64,000 nucleotides of DNA from Gammaproteobacteria bacterium (GCA_050298595.1 JBNKUM010000085.1:192001-256000), one strand, 5' to 3'. Shown: positions 46,927-56,558, counted from the stretch's first letter. The notes: generated by a model from the sequence alone, not told the origin. Program-made: numbers and translations.

Positions 46927-48405
46927 GTGATTTTACTGTGTACATTAAATGCCCGTTATATTCATAGTGCGCTTGGCTTACGTTACCTGTATGCCAATAT
47001 GGGTGAATTACAGGAGCAAACCCAGATACAGGAATTCACCATCAATCAACGTCCGATTGATATTGCTGAAATCATTTTACAGCTTAATCCAGATATAATT
47101 GGTGTCGGCTGTTACATCTGGAATATCCAGCAGGTCACCGAAGTACTGGCGATACTCAAAAGTCTCAGGCCGCAATTAGTCGTCGTACTGGGTGGACCGG
47201 AAATAAGCTTTGAAAGTGAACAGTCCAGTGCTTACCCTTACACCGATCATATTATAAGAGGACAGGGTGACTTTGCCTTTGCCAGCCTGTGTCAGGACAT
47301 ACTTCAACACAAAACCGGCCTGGCAAAAATCATTGATGCTGAAGCACCACAGCCAAAGCAGTTACGACTACCTTACGATTACTATAGCGATGAAGATATT
47401 CGACAACGCGTACTGTATGTAGAAGCATCGCGCGGTTGCCCTTTTAAATGTGAATTCTGTCTGTCTGCCTTAGATAAAACCTCGCTACCTTTCGAGCTGG
47501 ATGACTTCTTACAGGCGATGGATAAACTCTACCAACGTGGGGCGCGTCATTTCAAATTTGTCGACCGAACCTTTAACCTGAATATCACCACCAGTCAGAA
47601 AATTCTTGGATTTTTTCTAAGCAAACCGCTGCATGATCTATTCCTGCATTTTGAGCTGATACCAGATCGTCTGCCCAATGAATTAAAACATCTGATCGAA
47701 CAATTCCCCGATGGCGCATTGCAATTTGAAATCGGTATTCAAACCTTTAACCCAGAAATACAGCAGTTAATCAGTCGCAAGCAGGATCATCAGAAAACAC
47801 TGCAGAACCTGCAATACCTGAAGTCACAAACTCAGGTGCATTTACACACCGATCTGATAGCCGGTTTACCCAGCGAAGACCTGGCCAGCTTTGCAAAAGG
47901 TTTTGACCTGATGGTTTCACTACAGCCACAGGAAATACAGTTGGGTATCTTAAAGCGCTTACGCGGTACTCCGATCACGCGACATACGCTAGCTTATCAA
48001 ATGATCTATAGCCCACTGCCACCTTACGAAATATTGAGCACCAGCCGCATGGATGCCAACACCCTGTTTCGCATCAAGCGTTTTGCTCGCTACTGGGATA
48101 TGCTTGCAAACTCAGGGCGCTTTGAGCACAGCATCCCGAAAATTCTGGGCGAGCATCCCTTCGATAACTTTATGCAACTGTCTGACTGGCTATTTGACAC
48201 TACCGCTCAGACGCATAAAATGGCTCTGCCACGTTTATTCAAACTGCTTTATGAATTCAACCCTGATTTGATCGACGCATTACAACAGGACTTCATCAAA
48301 ACTGGCATAAAAAGTACTTTTCAATCAGTAACGCAGAGCGAAACAGACAGACAAAAATCAACACCATCGGCATCAACACGACAACAACGACACGTAAACA
48401 CATGA
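46927..48405 (+). CDS. Cobalamin-binding radical SAM protein (DUF4080-type)
   Basis: LNARYIH, YIWN, GGPE; SRGCPFKCEFC; FVDRTFN. Confidence 0.9.
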   Translation: MILLCTLNARYIHSALGLRYLYANMGELQEQTQIQEFTINQRPIDIAEIILQLNPDIIGVGCYIWNIQQVTEVLAILKSLRPQLVVVLGGPEISFESEQSSAYPYTDHIIRGQGDFAFASLCQDILQHKTGLAKIIDAEAPQPKQLRLPYDYYSDEDIRQRVLYVEASRGCPFKCEFCLSALDKTSLPFELDDFLQAMDKLYQRGARHFKFVDRTFNLNITTSQKILGFFLSKPLHDLFLHFELIPDRLPNELKHLIEQFPDGALQFEIGIQTFNPEIQQLISRKQDHQKTLQNLQYLKSQTQVHLHTDLIAGLPSEDLASFAKGFDLMVSLQPQEIQLGILKRLRGTPITRHTLAYQMIYSPLPPYEILSTSRMDANTLFRIKRFARYWDMLANSGRFEHSIPKILGEHPFDNFMQLSDWLFDTTAQTHKMALPRLFKLLYEFNPDLIDALQQDFIKTGIKSTFQSVTQSETDRQKSTPSASTRQQRHVNT

Positions 48406-49544
48406 CTACAGAGATCTTCATTAATAGTAACTTCGACGCTGGCAATATCGAATGCATCGACGCAAGCAAGCCGGACAATATTCAACTCACCATCCGTAGC
48501 GATAAGCAGTCAGACTTTTATCAGTGGTTTTATTTTCGTGCGGCTAATGTTCTCGATTTATCCTGCCGTTACGTGATTATCAATGCGGCTAATGCCGCCT
48601 ATCCGCGTGGCTGGGAAAACTATCAGGCAGTTGCCTCTTACGACCGGGAATACTGGTTCCGGGTTGAAACCAGTTACGAAAATGGTCAGCTAATCATTCA
48701 ACATACCAGCACTCAGCCACAGATTTATTTCTCCTATTTCGCTCCCTATAGCATGGAACGCCATGCCGACCTGATTGCCTATGCACAAAGCAGCAGGGGG
48801 TGTCACATCCAGACGCTGGGCACTACCATCGATGGGCAAAGTATTGACTGTCTACAATTTGGTTCGCAAGATGAAAACAAAAAGAAACTATGGATGATTG
48901 CGCGTCAGCACCCCGGAGAAACTATGGCCGAATGGTGGATGGAAGGGATGATCAATCGACTACTGGATGAAAGCGATGCGGTGGTTAAGTCGATTCTTGA
49001 GAAAGCGGTAATTTACCTGGTGCCCAATATGAACCCTGATGGCAGCCGTCGTGGTCACCTTCGTACCAATGCTGTCGGTGCTAACCTGAATCGTGAATGG
49101 GAGTCACCAACGCTGCAACGCAGTCCCGAGGTTTACCATGTTTTTGAAAAGATGAAAACCAGCGGAGTCGATTTCGCACTGGATGTACACGGGGATGAAT
49201 CTTTACCCTATAACTTTATCGCAGGCACTCAGGGCATCCCGAGCTGGAACCCACAGCGTCAACACAAACTCGACACTTTCAAAAACACCCTGGCAAGTAT
49301 TAATCCAGACTTTCAAACTGCTCAAGGTTACCCACCTAACCCACCGGGTACAGCCAATATGAGTTATTGCTCCAACGCAGTGGCAGAATATTTTAACTGC
49401 CCGGCGATGACGCTAGAAATGCCCTTTAAGGATACCTGTGACAGCCCCGATCCTCTACAGGGCTGGAGTCCTGAGCGCTGTATCAAACTGGGGGAGAGTT
49501 GTCTTGATGCCATTCACCAGAGCTGGCAACAGCTTATCGACTAA
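48402..49544 (+). CDS. M14 family cytosolic carboxypeptidase
   Basis: FDAGN, QWFYF, RQHPGE, NPDG, NLNR, LDVHGDE, TLEMPF. Confidence 0.92.
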   Translation: MTTEIFINSNFDAGNIECIDASKPDNIQLTIRSDKQSDFYQWFYFRAANVLDLSCRYVIINAANAAYPRGWENYQAVASYDREYWFRVETSYENGQLIIQHTSTQPQIYFSYFAPYSMERHADLIAYAQSSRGCHIQTLGTTIDGQSIDCLQFGSQDENKKKLWMIARQHPGETMAEWWMEGMINRLLDESDAVVKSILEKAVIYLVPNMNPDGSRRGHLRTNAVGANLNREWESPTLQRSPEVYHVFEKMKTSGVDFALDVHGDESLPYNFIAGTQGIPSWNPQRQHKLDTFKNTLASINPDFQTAQGYPPNPPGTANMSYCSNAVAEYFNCPAMTLEMPFKDTCDSPDPLQGWSPERCIKLGESCLDAIHQSWQQLID

Positions 49545-49558
49545 CTCCTGGCGCAGTA

Positions 49559-49909
49559 CTATTTGAACAAATCGTTATCAAAAAGGAATTCAGCTACCGC
49601 CTTCACCTTTGCTTCAGGATATGCCAGGGTTGGCATTACCTTAAATCTTTGCACTGCGTGGGGCATCAGTGATTTAGAAGCATCAGGCTTATGAACATAA
49701 GACACGATAAAATTAACGAAATCATCCCGTTGCGGATGAACACGCATGACATTCCTTTTAATACCGAACATGGGCGGTGCGATAGTCGGTGGAGGCATGA
49801 GTTTATGACAGGCAGAACACAGCGTAGTATACGCAGCCTTGCCATCTTCTGCTGACGCAGAAAATGCAAAGCACAGGGAGAGTAAACAGGAAAGAATGAT
49901 TTTTTTCAT
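49559..49909 (-). CDS. Periplasmic monoheme c-type cytochrome
   Basis: Signal peptide ending ASA; CSACH haem motif; distal MP. Confidence 0.88.
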   Translation of the reverse strand: MKKIILSCLLSLCFAFSASAEDGKAAYTTLCSACHKLMPPPTIAPPMFGIKRNVMRVHPQRDDFVNFIVSYVHKPDASKSLMPHAVQRFKVMPTLAYPEAKVKAVAEFLFDNDLFK

Positions 49910-49922
49910 GATGCTTTACCTT

Positions 49923-49970
49923 AAAGTAATTAACTGCACTACCCGAAAAGTAATTAACAGCACTACCCGA
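49923..49970. repeat. 24-bp tandem direct repeat (2 copies, 1 mismatch) upstream of the cytochrome c gene
   Basis: AAAGTAATTAAC(T/A)GCACTACCCGA at 49923-49946 and 49947-49970. Confidence 0.9.
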
Positions 49971-50138
49971 CTCATCTATTTTCAGCAAGACTAAATCACC
50001 ACTTCCTGCCTGCTTTGCAGTATAGTCTGGCCCTCAGTTAAATCAATCAGATAGATCCATCCTTTAGAGACCTTTTCCTCTCACACTGTGCAGATATTTT
50101 CTGCTATAGTGCGCCCCAGGAAAAAGGACCTAAGCATT

Positions 50139-50660
50139 ATGAAAAACTCCCAAATTCTGAAATCGCTAATGCTACTCCTGGCGATAAGCACTCAATCGGC
50201 GCAGGCCGGCACTTATATAGAGCTATCACCGGCTGTGATGGCAGTTGAAACAAAACACGATGCTACCCATCCTAAACAGGCAGATTTTCGACTTGGATAT
50301 TCCAGCCAGTATCATCAGATAGAACTTGTACTGATGACCGGCATACAGGATGGAAATCTTAATCAACTAAAGGTTGAAGCCCCTCTGGTGAGCTCGGTGC
50401 TATACCATTACATACCCCATTTCAACAGCAGTGTGAAACTACATCTCATTGCTGGCGCCAGTCAGGTCAACATTAAATCAAGCTATCCAGGCACATCGGG
50501 TACAGATGATACTTTCAGTGGTATCAGCTTTGGTTTGGGTCTGGAAGAATCATTCAAGTCCATTCCTCAGCTGAGCCTGTCTCTGGACTGGATTCAGTTA
50601 TACCGAGGCAAGGATTTGAAGATCAATGCCACCAGTCTGGGAGTTCATTATGAATTTTAA
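50139..50660 (+). CDS. Small outer-membrane beta-barrel protein
   Basis: Signal peptide ending AQA; amphipathic beta strands; C-terminal GVHYEF; start moved to the ATG at 50139. Confidence 0.8.
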   Translation: MKNSQILKSLMLLLAISTQSAQAGTYIELSPAVMAVETKHDATHPKQADFRLGYSSQYHQIELVLMTGIQDGNLNQLKVEAPLVSSVLYHYIPHFNSSVKLHLIAGASQVNIKSSYPGTSGTDDTFSGISFGLGLEESFKSIPQLSLSLDWIQLYRGKDLKINATSLGVHYEF

Positions 50661-52056
50661 ACGCATTACACACTGGTTCCTGTTAAGCAGTCTACTTATG
50701 TTTCTCTTTTCCTGTAGCGATGAGGCGACCGAAACACAGCTGGTCAATTTACACACTACCGCCGCTGAGGATGTTATTGCTATCGAGTTCCCTGCCACTA
50801 CAGAAACAGTGGTACAAATCAAAAGCCTGACCGCTTTATCTGTACAGGGACTAAAATCCAATGGCATAGATAGCGTCAGCTTGTCCAGTCAGATTGACTG
50901 GTCTTTGTCGGATGGTGCTACGAGTACGATTGATAAAAATGGTCGCCTTACAGCCGGACCAACAGCCGAGACAATTACGGTTACCGCCACACTCGGCATA
51001 CTCAGCACCTCAATTGATATCCGAATCTCAGCAGCTAAATTCAACCAGGTGGTCAAGCTGAATCCGGATGATAAACTGCCTATCAACATCGAGATGTGCC
51101 AGTCGCAGACCATCACACCTTTTGGAGAATATATCGATGATTCAGGCACGGTAGAGATTCGTAAGGTAGACAATACTGTAATTAATAAGATCTCGTGGAT
51201 TATTTCTCCACCACAAAGCGCATACATTAAAACTGCAGATAACACCACCACCCTGTATAGCCTCGCCGCTGGAGACTTGATCATTCAGGCGAAGGCAACA
51301 TCAGATTATAGCGGCAATGAAGTCACTTCCGATCTCAACCAGACTATCGGTAATGGCCTGAGTAGTATCAAGATTTGCTCCGGTAGCGCAACAGACTATG
51401 CAAACTGCTCCATGACGAGCACAAGTGTTGAGCAGGATAAGGAGGTTTCATTTATTGCTATAGGTCAATACACCTCGGGGAGCTATCAGAATATCTCTCG
51501 AACCAGCAAATGGGGAATCAGTGATGACAACATGTCCGCTGTTCTCAGCAATGATTTTCAACAAATCAATGTGACAGGCTTGAAAGAATCGACAAACTCT
51601 ACGCTATCACTTGCCTGTGGTGACATTAATCAAACAATCGGTGATGATATTGATATTACCCAGAGCATCATTCTAAATAGCGCTATTGACTGTAGCGCCG
51701 ATACCGATTGCAAGGCCTCATCTGTAGATATTACAATAAAAAAACTTACTGCTAAATTCTCAGAAGTAACAGCAAATGAAAACAAACTTAGCGATTCCGA
51801 TACATATCAAATCAGTCCTCAACCCGATGAAATCGTACTGAAAGTTTCTGTTATCCAGTCCAATAGCAGTGAGCCTGTTGATATTACTGATAATAAGAAC
51901 CTGACATACGAAATTAAAAGTGGTGACACCGTGGTTGAACAAAAAACAAACACCCCCGGTACTTACACCGTCCTTACTACGGGTACAGTTAAAATTTTAC
52001 TCACTTATCTGGGCGAGAGTTTTCTTGTGGACATAGAGATCCTTGAAACCCCTTGA
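50650..52056 (+). CDS. Lipoprotein with bacterial Ig-like domains
   Basis: Lipobox LFSC after the ATG at 50650; IDWSLSD..STIDKNGRLTA..ITVTAT Big_2-like strand pattern. Confidence 0.75.
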   Translation: MNFKRITHWFLLSSLLMFLFSCSDEATETQLVNLHTTAAEDVIAIEFPATTETVVQIKSLTALSVQGLKSNGIDSVSLSSQIDWSLSDGATSTIDKNGRLTAGPTAETITVTATLGILSTSIDIRISAAKFNQVVKLNPDDKLPINIEMCQSQTITPFGEYIDDSGTVEIRKVDNTVINKISWIISPPQSAYIKTADNTTTLYSLAAGDLIIQAKATSDYSGNEVTSDLNQTIGNGLSSIKICSGSATDYANCSMTSTSVEQDKEVSFIAIGQYTSGSYQNISRTSKWGISDDNMSAVLSNDFQQINVTGLKESTNSTLSLACGDINQTIGDDIDITQSIILNSAIDCSADTDCKASSVDITIKKLTAKFSEVTANENKLSDSDTYQISPQPDEIVLKVSVIQSNSSEPVDITDNKNLTYEIKSGDTVVEQKTNTPGTYTVLTTGTVKILLTYLGESFLVDIEILETP

Positions 52057-52139
52057 TACAGTTCAAGGTTTTTTCAATCTACAGGGAGAGTAAATAAACT
52101 CATAGAAAACTATAAAAACCTCTAAAATCAATATTCAAA

Positions 52140-52160
52140 GGGGCTATTCAAAATAGCCCC
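52140..52160. promoter_or_regulatory. Perfect inverted repeat (possible operator or terminator) upstream of the TonB-dependent receptor
   Basis: GGGGCTATT-CAA-AATAGCCCC. Confidence 0.4.
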
Positions 52161-52251
52161 GAATTTTCCGCGACAATATGTCACATACCTTCGATAATTA
52201 ACGCCCCCTATACTCGCGGCTTTCGTATTAACAATATCCACGGGCGTTCGG

Positions 52252-54288
52252 ATGAAAAAAACAAACTTACTTACTCTCAGTGTTTGTGCCAGCTTAAGCT
52301 GTTTAAGCGCAAGCGCAGAGGAAAACAGCAACGAAAATACAGCAGATGTCTTACCTGTCATTCTGGTTGAAGGCAAAAAGATCAAACAGGTCAGCGTTAA
52401 TGAAGTTAAATCTGCCGATTTAGCTGAAGCTTTAAGCAAAAAAATCCCTAACATCTCACTGGTACGTCGTAGCGGCATTGCTAATGACATCATTCTGCGC
52501 GGCCAGAAAAAAGATAATATCAATATCCTGATCGACAATGCCAAAATCCACGGTGCCTGTCCGAACAGAATGGATCCACCCACTTCACACATTCTGACCA
52601 ACAATATCGAAGATGTTGAAGTCACTGAAGGACCCTATGATGTCGAGAACTTTGGCACCTTAAGTGGTGCGGTAAAAGTCACCACCAAAATGCCTGAAGC
52701 AGGATTTCGCGGTGAAGTAAATCTCAACATGGGCAGCTGGGAGTATCAGAAATTTTCCACAACCTTAAGTGGTGGAAGTGAAAAGATACGCGCTATGTTA
52801 AGCCTTTCTCAGGAAACCGGCGGTCAGTATAAGGATGGTGATGGCAATGACTTTTCACAACAGATTGAAGCCAATAGCGTCCCCTCTATGATGAATTACA
52901 AACCAGAATACGCTGACCATGACGCTTATAAGAAAAGCACCTTAATGGCTAAGGTATATGCATTCATCGCTGATAATCAGGAACTGGAACTGAGTTACAC
53001 GGCCAATCGAAGTGATGACATCTTCTACCCGTCAACACCTATGGACGCGATATATGATGACTCTGATCTTTTCAATATCAACTACCGCTTTATGGATCTT
53101 GGTGACTATTCCAGCAAACTGGAAATTCAGGCTTACAACTCAACAGTTGATCACCCCATGTCTACATATTATCGCATGTCATCTGGAACCAATGCTGTTA
53201 ATGAAAAAATAAGCGCGCTTGAAACTCATTCAACCGGTATCAAAATCATCAATACAGCAGACCTTTCTGCGCTAGCTGATATTAAATATGGTTTAGATAT
53301 CAACAGCCGTAACTGGGATGGAAAATATACCGGTTTTGGCACAGGTGCAGGAATCACCGGAATCGTCAGCATCCCTGATGTAGATACCGAAAACACGGCA
53401 TTATTTATTGAATATGATCGTGACCTGAGCGATAGCGTTAATTTCAAGATGGGTGCACGCTACGACGATACCAGCATCACCACCGCCGACAGCAGCTTAA
53501 AAAACAATGATTACAGCGCATTTAGTGCTTTCGTCTTCAGCAGCTATCAAATGAATGAGCAGCACAAACTGTTTGGCGGGCTGGGTAAAGGATCACGCGT
53601 ACCTGACGCACGTGAACTCTATTTTCGTTCTTCTATGATGGGAGGTATGTTACTGGGTACTCCAGACCTGGATGACACAAGTAATACCGAACTGGATTTA
53701 GGTGTAGAAAGCCAACTCGGTGACCTGTCGATGAAAAGCAAAATCTTCTACAGCAAACTGGACAACTACATATATTTTAATTCCAGTAAATCAATGAATA
53801 AATTCGAAAACATAGATGCCACAATATATGGCCTGGATATCAGTGGGCAATATATAATCAATCCCAGTTTCGATATTGATTTTGGACTTGCCTTACAAAA
53901 AGGTAGCAAAGACAATCCATTAGTTGGACAAACCGATACCGACCTGGCTGAAATCCCACCTATGAAATTAACCAGTGCTTTAAACTATCACTACCAGAAA
54001 GATAGTAGTGCGATGGTTGAGCTGATTTCATCAAGCAGTTGGGACGATTATGATGCCGATAACGGTGAACAGGCGCTGGAAAGCTGGACAGTGATGAACC
54101 TGAAGGTTAAACACCGTTTTAACGATCAATTTGGTCTCACCGTTGGTGTGGATAATGTGTTTGACAAAGCCTATGCCGTCAGTAACACCTACAAAGATCT
54201 AACACTGCTAGCCGATGGCAGTGGTGAAGTAATGCTGATCAATGAACCTGGTCGATACTTCTATGTAAATGGCACCTACTCCTTCTAG
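52252..54288 (+). CDS. TonB-dependent receptor, probable copper receptor (OprC/NosA-like)
   Basis: Signal peptide; plug GACPNRMDPP (CxxxM); Met-rich loops; VDHPM; C-terminal EPGR...YSF. Confidence 0.85.
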   Translation: MKKTNLLTLSVCASLSCLSASAEENSNENTADVLPVILVEGKKIKQVSVNEVKSADLAEALSKKIPNISLVRRSGIANDIILRGQKKDNINILIDNAKIHGACPNRMDPPTSHILTNNIEDVEVTEGPYDVENFGTLSGAVKVTTKMPEAGFRGEVNLNMGSWEYQKFSTTLSGGSEKIRAMLSLSQETGGQYKDGDGNDFSQQIEANSVPSMMNYKPEYADHDAYKKSTLMAKVYAFIADNQELELSYTANRSDDIFYPSTPMDAIYDDSDLFNINYRFMDLGDYSSKLEIQAYNSTVDHPMSTYYRMSSGTNAVNEKISALETHSTGIKIINTADLSALADIKYGLDINSRNWDGKYTGFGTGAGITGIVSIPDVDTENTALFIEYDRDLSDSVNFKMGARYDDTSITTADSSLKNNDYSAFSAFVFSSYQMNEQHKLFGGLGKGSRVPDARELYFRSSMMGGMLLGTPDLDDTSNTELDLGVESQLGDLSMKSKIFYSKLDNYIYFNSSKSMNKFENIDATIYGLDISGQYIINPSFDIDFGLALQKGSKDNPLVGQTDTDLAEIPPMKLTSALNYHYQKDSSAMVELISSSSWDDYDADNGEQALESWTVMNLKVKHRFNDQFGLTVGVDNVFDKAYAVSNTYKDLTLLADGSGEVMLINEPGRYFYVNGTYSF

Positions 54289-54313
54289 CACCACCGTTTA
54301 AATGAGCAATCAC

Positions 54314-54362
54314 CTGATGCAGCAATGCGTCAGCCTGGGCACAGGGAAGTGTCTGTTTTTTT
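54314..54362 (+). terminator. Double hairpin plus T tract, probable intrinsic terminator
   Basis: CTGATGCA-GCAA-TGCGTCAG then GGGCAC-AGGGAA-GTGTCT followed by seven T. Confidence 0.6.
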
Positions 54363-54751
54363 AATTCCGCTGCGCTTATCGTCAATAGAATAGTAGGTGC
54401 CTGACATTCTCAGCCATAGTAATAGCTTCAAGTTGAGAGATTAACTTTTGTTACCCCTTGTTGATGAAATCGATCGGCAGCAGATTGTCATTCAGCACAA
54501 CTCCGGCCACGGTGCCGATCATGGCGACAAAACTGTTTAGTATTCAAACTTTTGGGGCAATTAACTAACTCAGACTTTACAACCTGCCTTACAGATAGCG
54601 GTCATTCAAGAAATTAGTGTGTACGGACGCTGTCGACCCGAACCTGCCATTCCTTACAGGTCGTAGGGATCGCTAGATCCTTGGCGATACCAGTTGTTCA
54701 TAAAGCTTCAATAAATAATTATGGTGTCCCCAGAATACCGTGCCGATCGTC

Positions 54752-55033
54752 CTATGAATGCCTTTGTTTGGCATGCTTTCTCTTACGTGCTGGCTTTCTA
54801 AACTCTGAAACCGGAAACTTTTCTTTTGGGGCCTTAATTTCATCTTGCTCTTCTAATGGATTTCCAATGTCATTGTGGAACCTGTAACCATACTCGAATA
54901 AGGCCTTCAGTTTTTCCCATGCTTTTATATCTTTTTCTTTCGGTGCTTTGAAAGCTGACCCTGCTTCATGCATAGCGGAGCCGCATTCAGGGCAATTGAA
55001 TTTATTTTGTACTTCTGTCCAGTTACAACGCAC
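54752..55033 (-). pseudogene. Probably 5'-truncated zinc-ribbon hypothetical protein (cassette-like)
   Basis: Single CPECG followed by FKAPK..DIKAW; no RBS; 5' end runs into a degenerate attC. Confidence 0.5.
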
Positions 55034-55094
55034 ATTTTGGAGGGAAACCGATGCGTAGCGTAGTTTTTTCCTACTGGCTGTACTTGTTAAATGC
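55027..55094 (-). repeat. Degenerate attC site
   Basis: Minus strand: GCATTTAAC-AAGTA-CAGCCAGT then stem AGGAAAAAAC...GGTTTCCCT, 17 bp after the stop of ORF 55112-55477; L' box does not pair. Confidence 0.55.
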
Positions 55095-55111
55095 CTTTTT
55101 CTTTACTATTT

Positions 55112-55477
55112 TCATTCTCTGAACTCATGAACCAATTTTGTGACAATAAATTTTTTAACCTCTGGAGCAACATCACCAAAATTTTTATATATGAGATACA
55201 TGAGTCTAGGCAAATTAGGCAAACCATCAGTAATAAGCAATGGTGTTCCAGGGTGCTTTCCTGGCTTTGCGTCATCATCAACTCCATGATGACTAAACCC
55301 AGACTCTATTTTCCATGTTAACGCCTTCTCTGCATTCGGTTTGTCATAGGTAATTTGATAACAAACTATCTGATCGTCACTATTTACCCAAACGTAGACA
55401 TCCATTTTTGACCCAGAAAACCATCGTCGTTTAGGTTGATCGGATTTTTGAGATGTCTTTAAAATTTCCCGTAACAC
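55112..55477 (-). CDS. Hypothetical protein in a gene cassette
   Basis: AT-rich ORF (RRWFS, YDKP..EKALTW) bounded by GTTAAGTGC (55492-55484) and GCATTTAAC (55094-55086). Confidence 0.75.
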   Translation of the reverse strand: MLREILKTSQKSDQPKRRWFSGSKMDVYVWVNSDDQIVCYQITYDKPNAEKALTWKIESGFSHHGVDDDAKPGKHPGTPLLITDGLPNLPRLMYLIYKNFGDVAPEVKKFIVTKLVHEFRE

Positions 55478-55492
55478 TTGTTAGCACTTAAC

Positions 55493-55669
55493 CAGGGTGC
55501 AGAAAAATTAAAACATTAAAAGTAACATGGTTTACGACGCGCTTCTACACTTATAGAACTGTACTTTTAGAGCATAGCCGCAAGAATATTTACTTATGAT
55601 CGCATTTTGTTCAGAATTATTAATCATTTATTACCCTTCAAAATATCACCTTAATTTTTCTACAGCCTG
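55493..55669. mobile_element. 177-bp MITE with 19-bp terminal inverted repeats and 3-bp target duplication
   Basis: CAGGGTGCAGAAAAATTAA ... TTAATTTTTCTACAGCCTG (17/19 match); AAC at 55490-55492 and 55670-55672. Confidence 0.85.
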
Positions 55670-55734
55670 AACGCCGAGCTCAGCGGGAAAATCGACCACA
55701 GGGAGATTTTATCCGTTGCAGCACATTGTTAGGC
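55670..55734 (-). repeat. attC site
   Basis: Minus strand: GCCTAAC-AATGT-GCTGCAAC-(GGATAAAATC..GATTTTCCC)-GCTGAGC-TCGGC-GTT; L''/L' pair with an extrahelical G; begins 6 bp after the stop codon. Confidence 0.88.
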
Positions 55735-55740
55735 TTTGGG

Positions 55741-56283
55741 CTATTGCCAATATTGATATAGCCTCCATTGGCCCCCGCATGAACCATTTCTACCAAATTC
55801 ACTTACGGTAATCTTTCCATAGGATGATTTCTCTTCATTATTTAGAATAATTTCTCCGCTTACATCTAGATAAAAATCTTCTTTTCCATATTCAGTTTGT
55901 TTTAAAACGTAGACCCTATAATCTTTAAATGAGAAGCCTCCCTTTGCATTTAATGGCTCTTCAATTTCAACTATTTGCCCAGCCAGCAGGATATAACCAT
56001 AAGCTTTTCTATTTATGACCCAGAAGGTTGCTTTTAAACGGTGACCGCTTGAAGTTCTCTTTTTACTATTTAGATCTGTACACTTTAGTCGAAACTCCTC
56101 AAAAGGTTGAAAAGCAATTTCAAAATGTACCTCACCACCCCATTTACCGTTTAGTGAATTAAGAAATTTATCATCTAGTGTTTCTTTAATTGATGTATTT
56201 ACTGAGCTTATGGAACAAGCTGAATGGAATAATGTAATCAAAAAAATGTAGATAAATTTCATAGTTCTGTAAGTCACGTCCAT
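55741..56283 (-). CDS. Hypothetical putative lipoprotein in a gene cassette
   Basis: MKFIYIFLITLFHSAC lipobox-like N-terminus; bounded by GTTAGGCTT (56300-56292) and its complement AAGCCTAAC. Confidence 0.75.
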   Translation of the reverse strand: MDVTYRTMKFIYIFLITLFHSACSISSVNTSIKETLDDKFLNSLNGKWGGEVHFEIAFQPFEEFRLKCTDLNSKKRTSSGHRLKATFWVINRKAYGYILLAGQIVEIEEPLNAKGGFSFKDYRVYVLKQTEYGKEDFYLDVSGEIILNNEEKSSYGKITVSEFGRNGSCGGQWRLYQYWQ

Positions 56284-56388
56284 TATTTTTCAAGCCTAAC
56301 AGCTTGATTATGTGACACGCACAAATATTGACTTATGTTGCATTATATTCTCACTCATAGGTAAATTAATCAATGACCGCTCCTGGCA

Positions 56389-56558
56389 CAGGCTATATGA
56401 AAACTCGCTTCAATTTGATGACACCAAAAACATTTCCCACTACGGGATAATTTTTCAGGATTATTTAGAACTCAATTACCACAAATCACACAAAATTGAT
56501 CCTATATAAGCCCGCATATTCCACTTGAAAAATTGGAAAAAAGTTTTCACACAGCCTG
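56389..56558. mobile_element. 170-bp MITE with 17-bp terminal inverted repeats and 4-bp target duplication
   Basis: CAGGCTATATGAAAACT ... AGTTTTCACACAGCCTG (15/17 match); GGCA at 56385-56388 and 56559-56562. Confidence 0.85.

Noticed and set aside
49923-49970. Direct repeats considered as a CRISPR array
   Set aside because: Only two adjacent copies, no spacer and no cas genes in the window.
52128-52625. 165-aa minus-strand ORF
   Set aside because: Antisense to the TonB-dependent receptor gene.
56312-56509. 65-aa ORF next to the attI-like site considered as an intI remnant
   Set aside because: No tyrosine-recombinase motifs; mostly overlaps the MITE.
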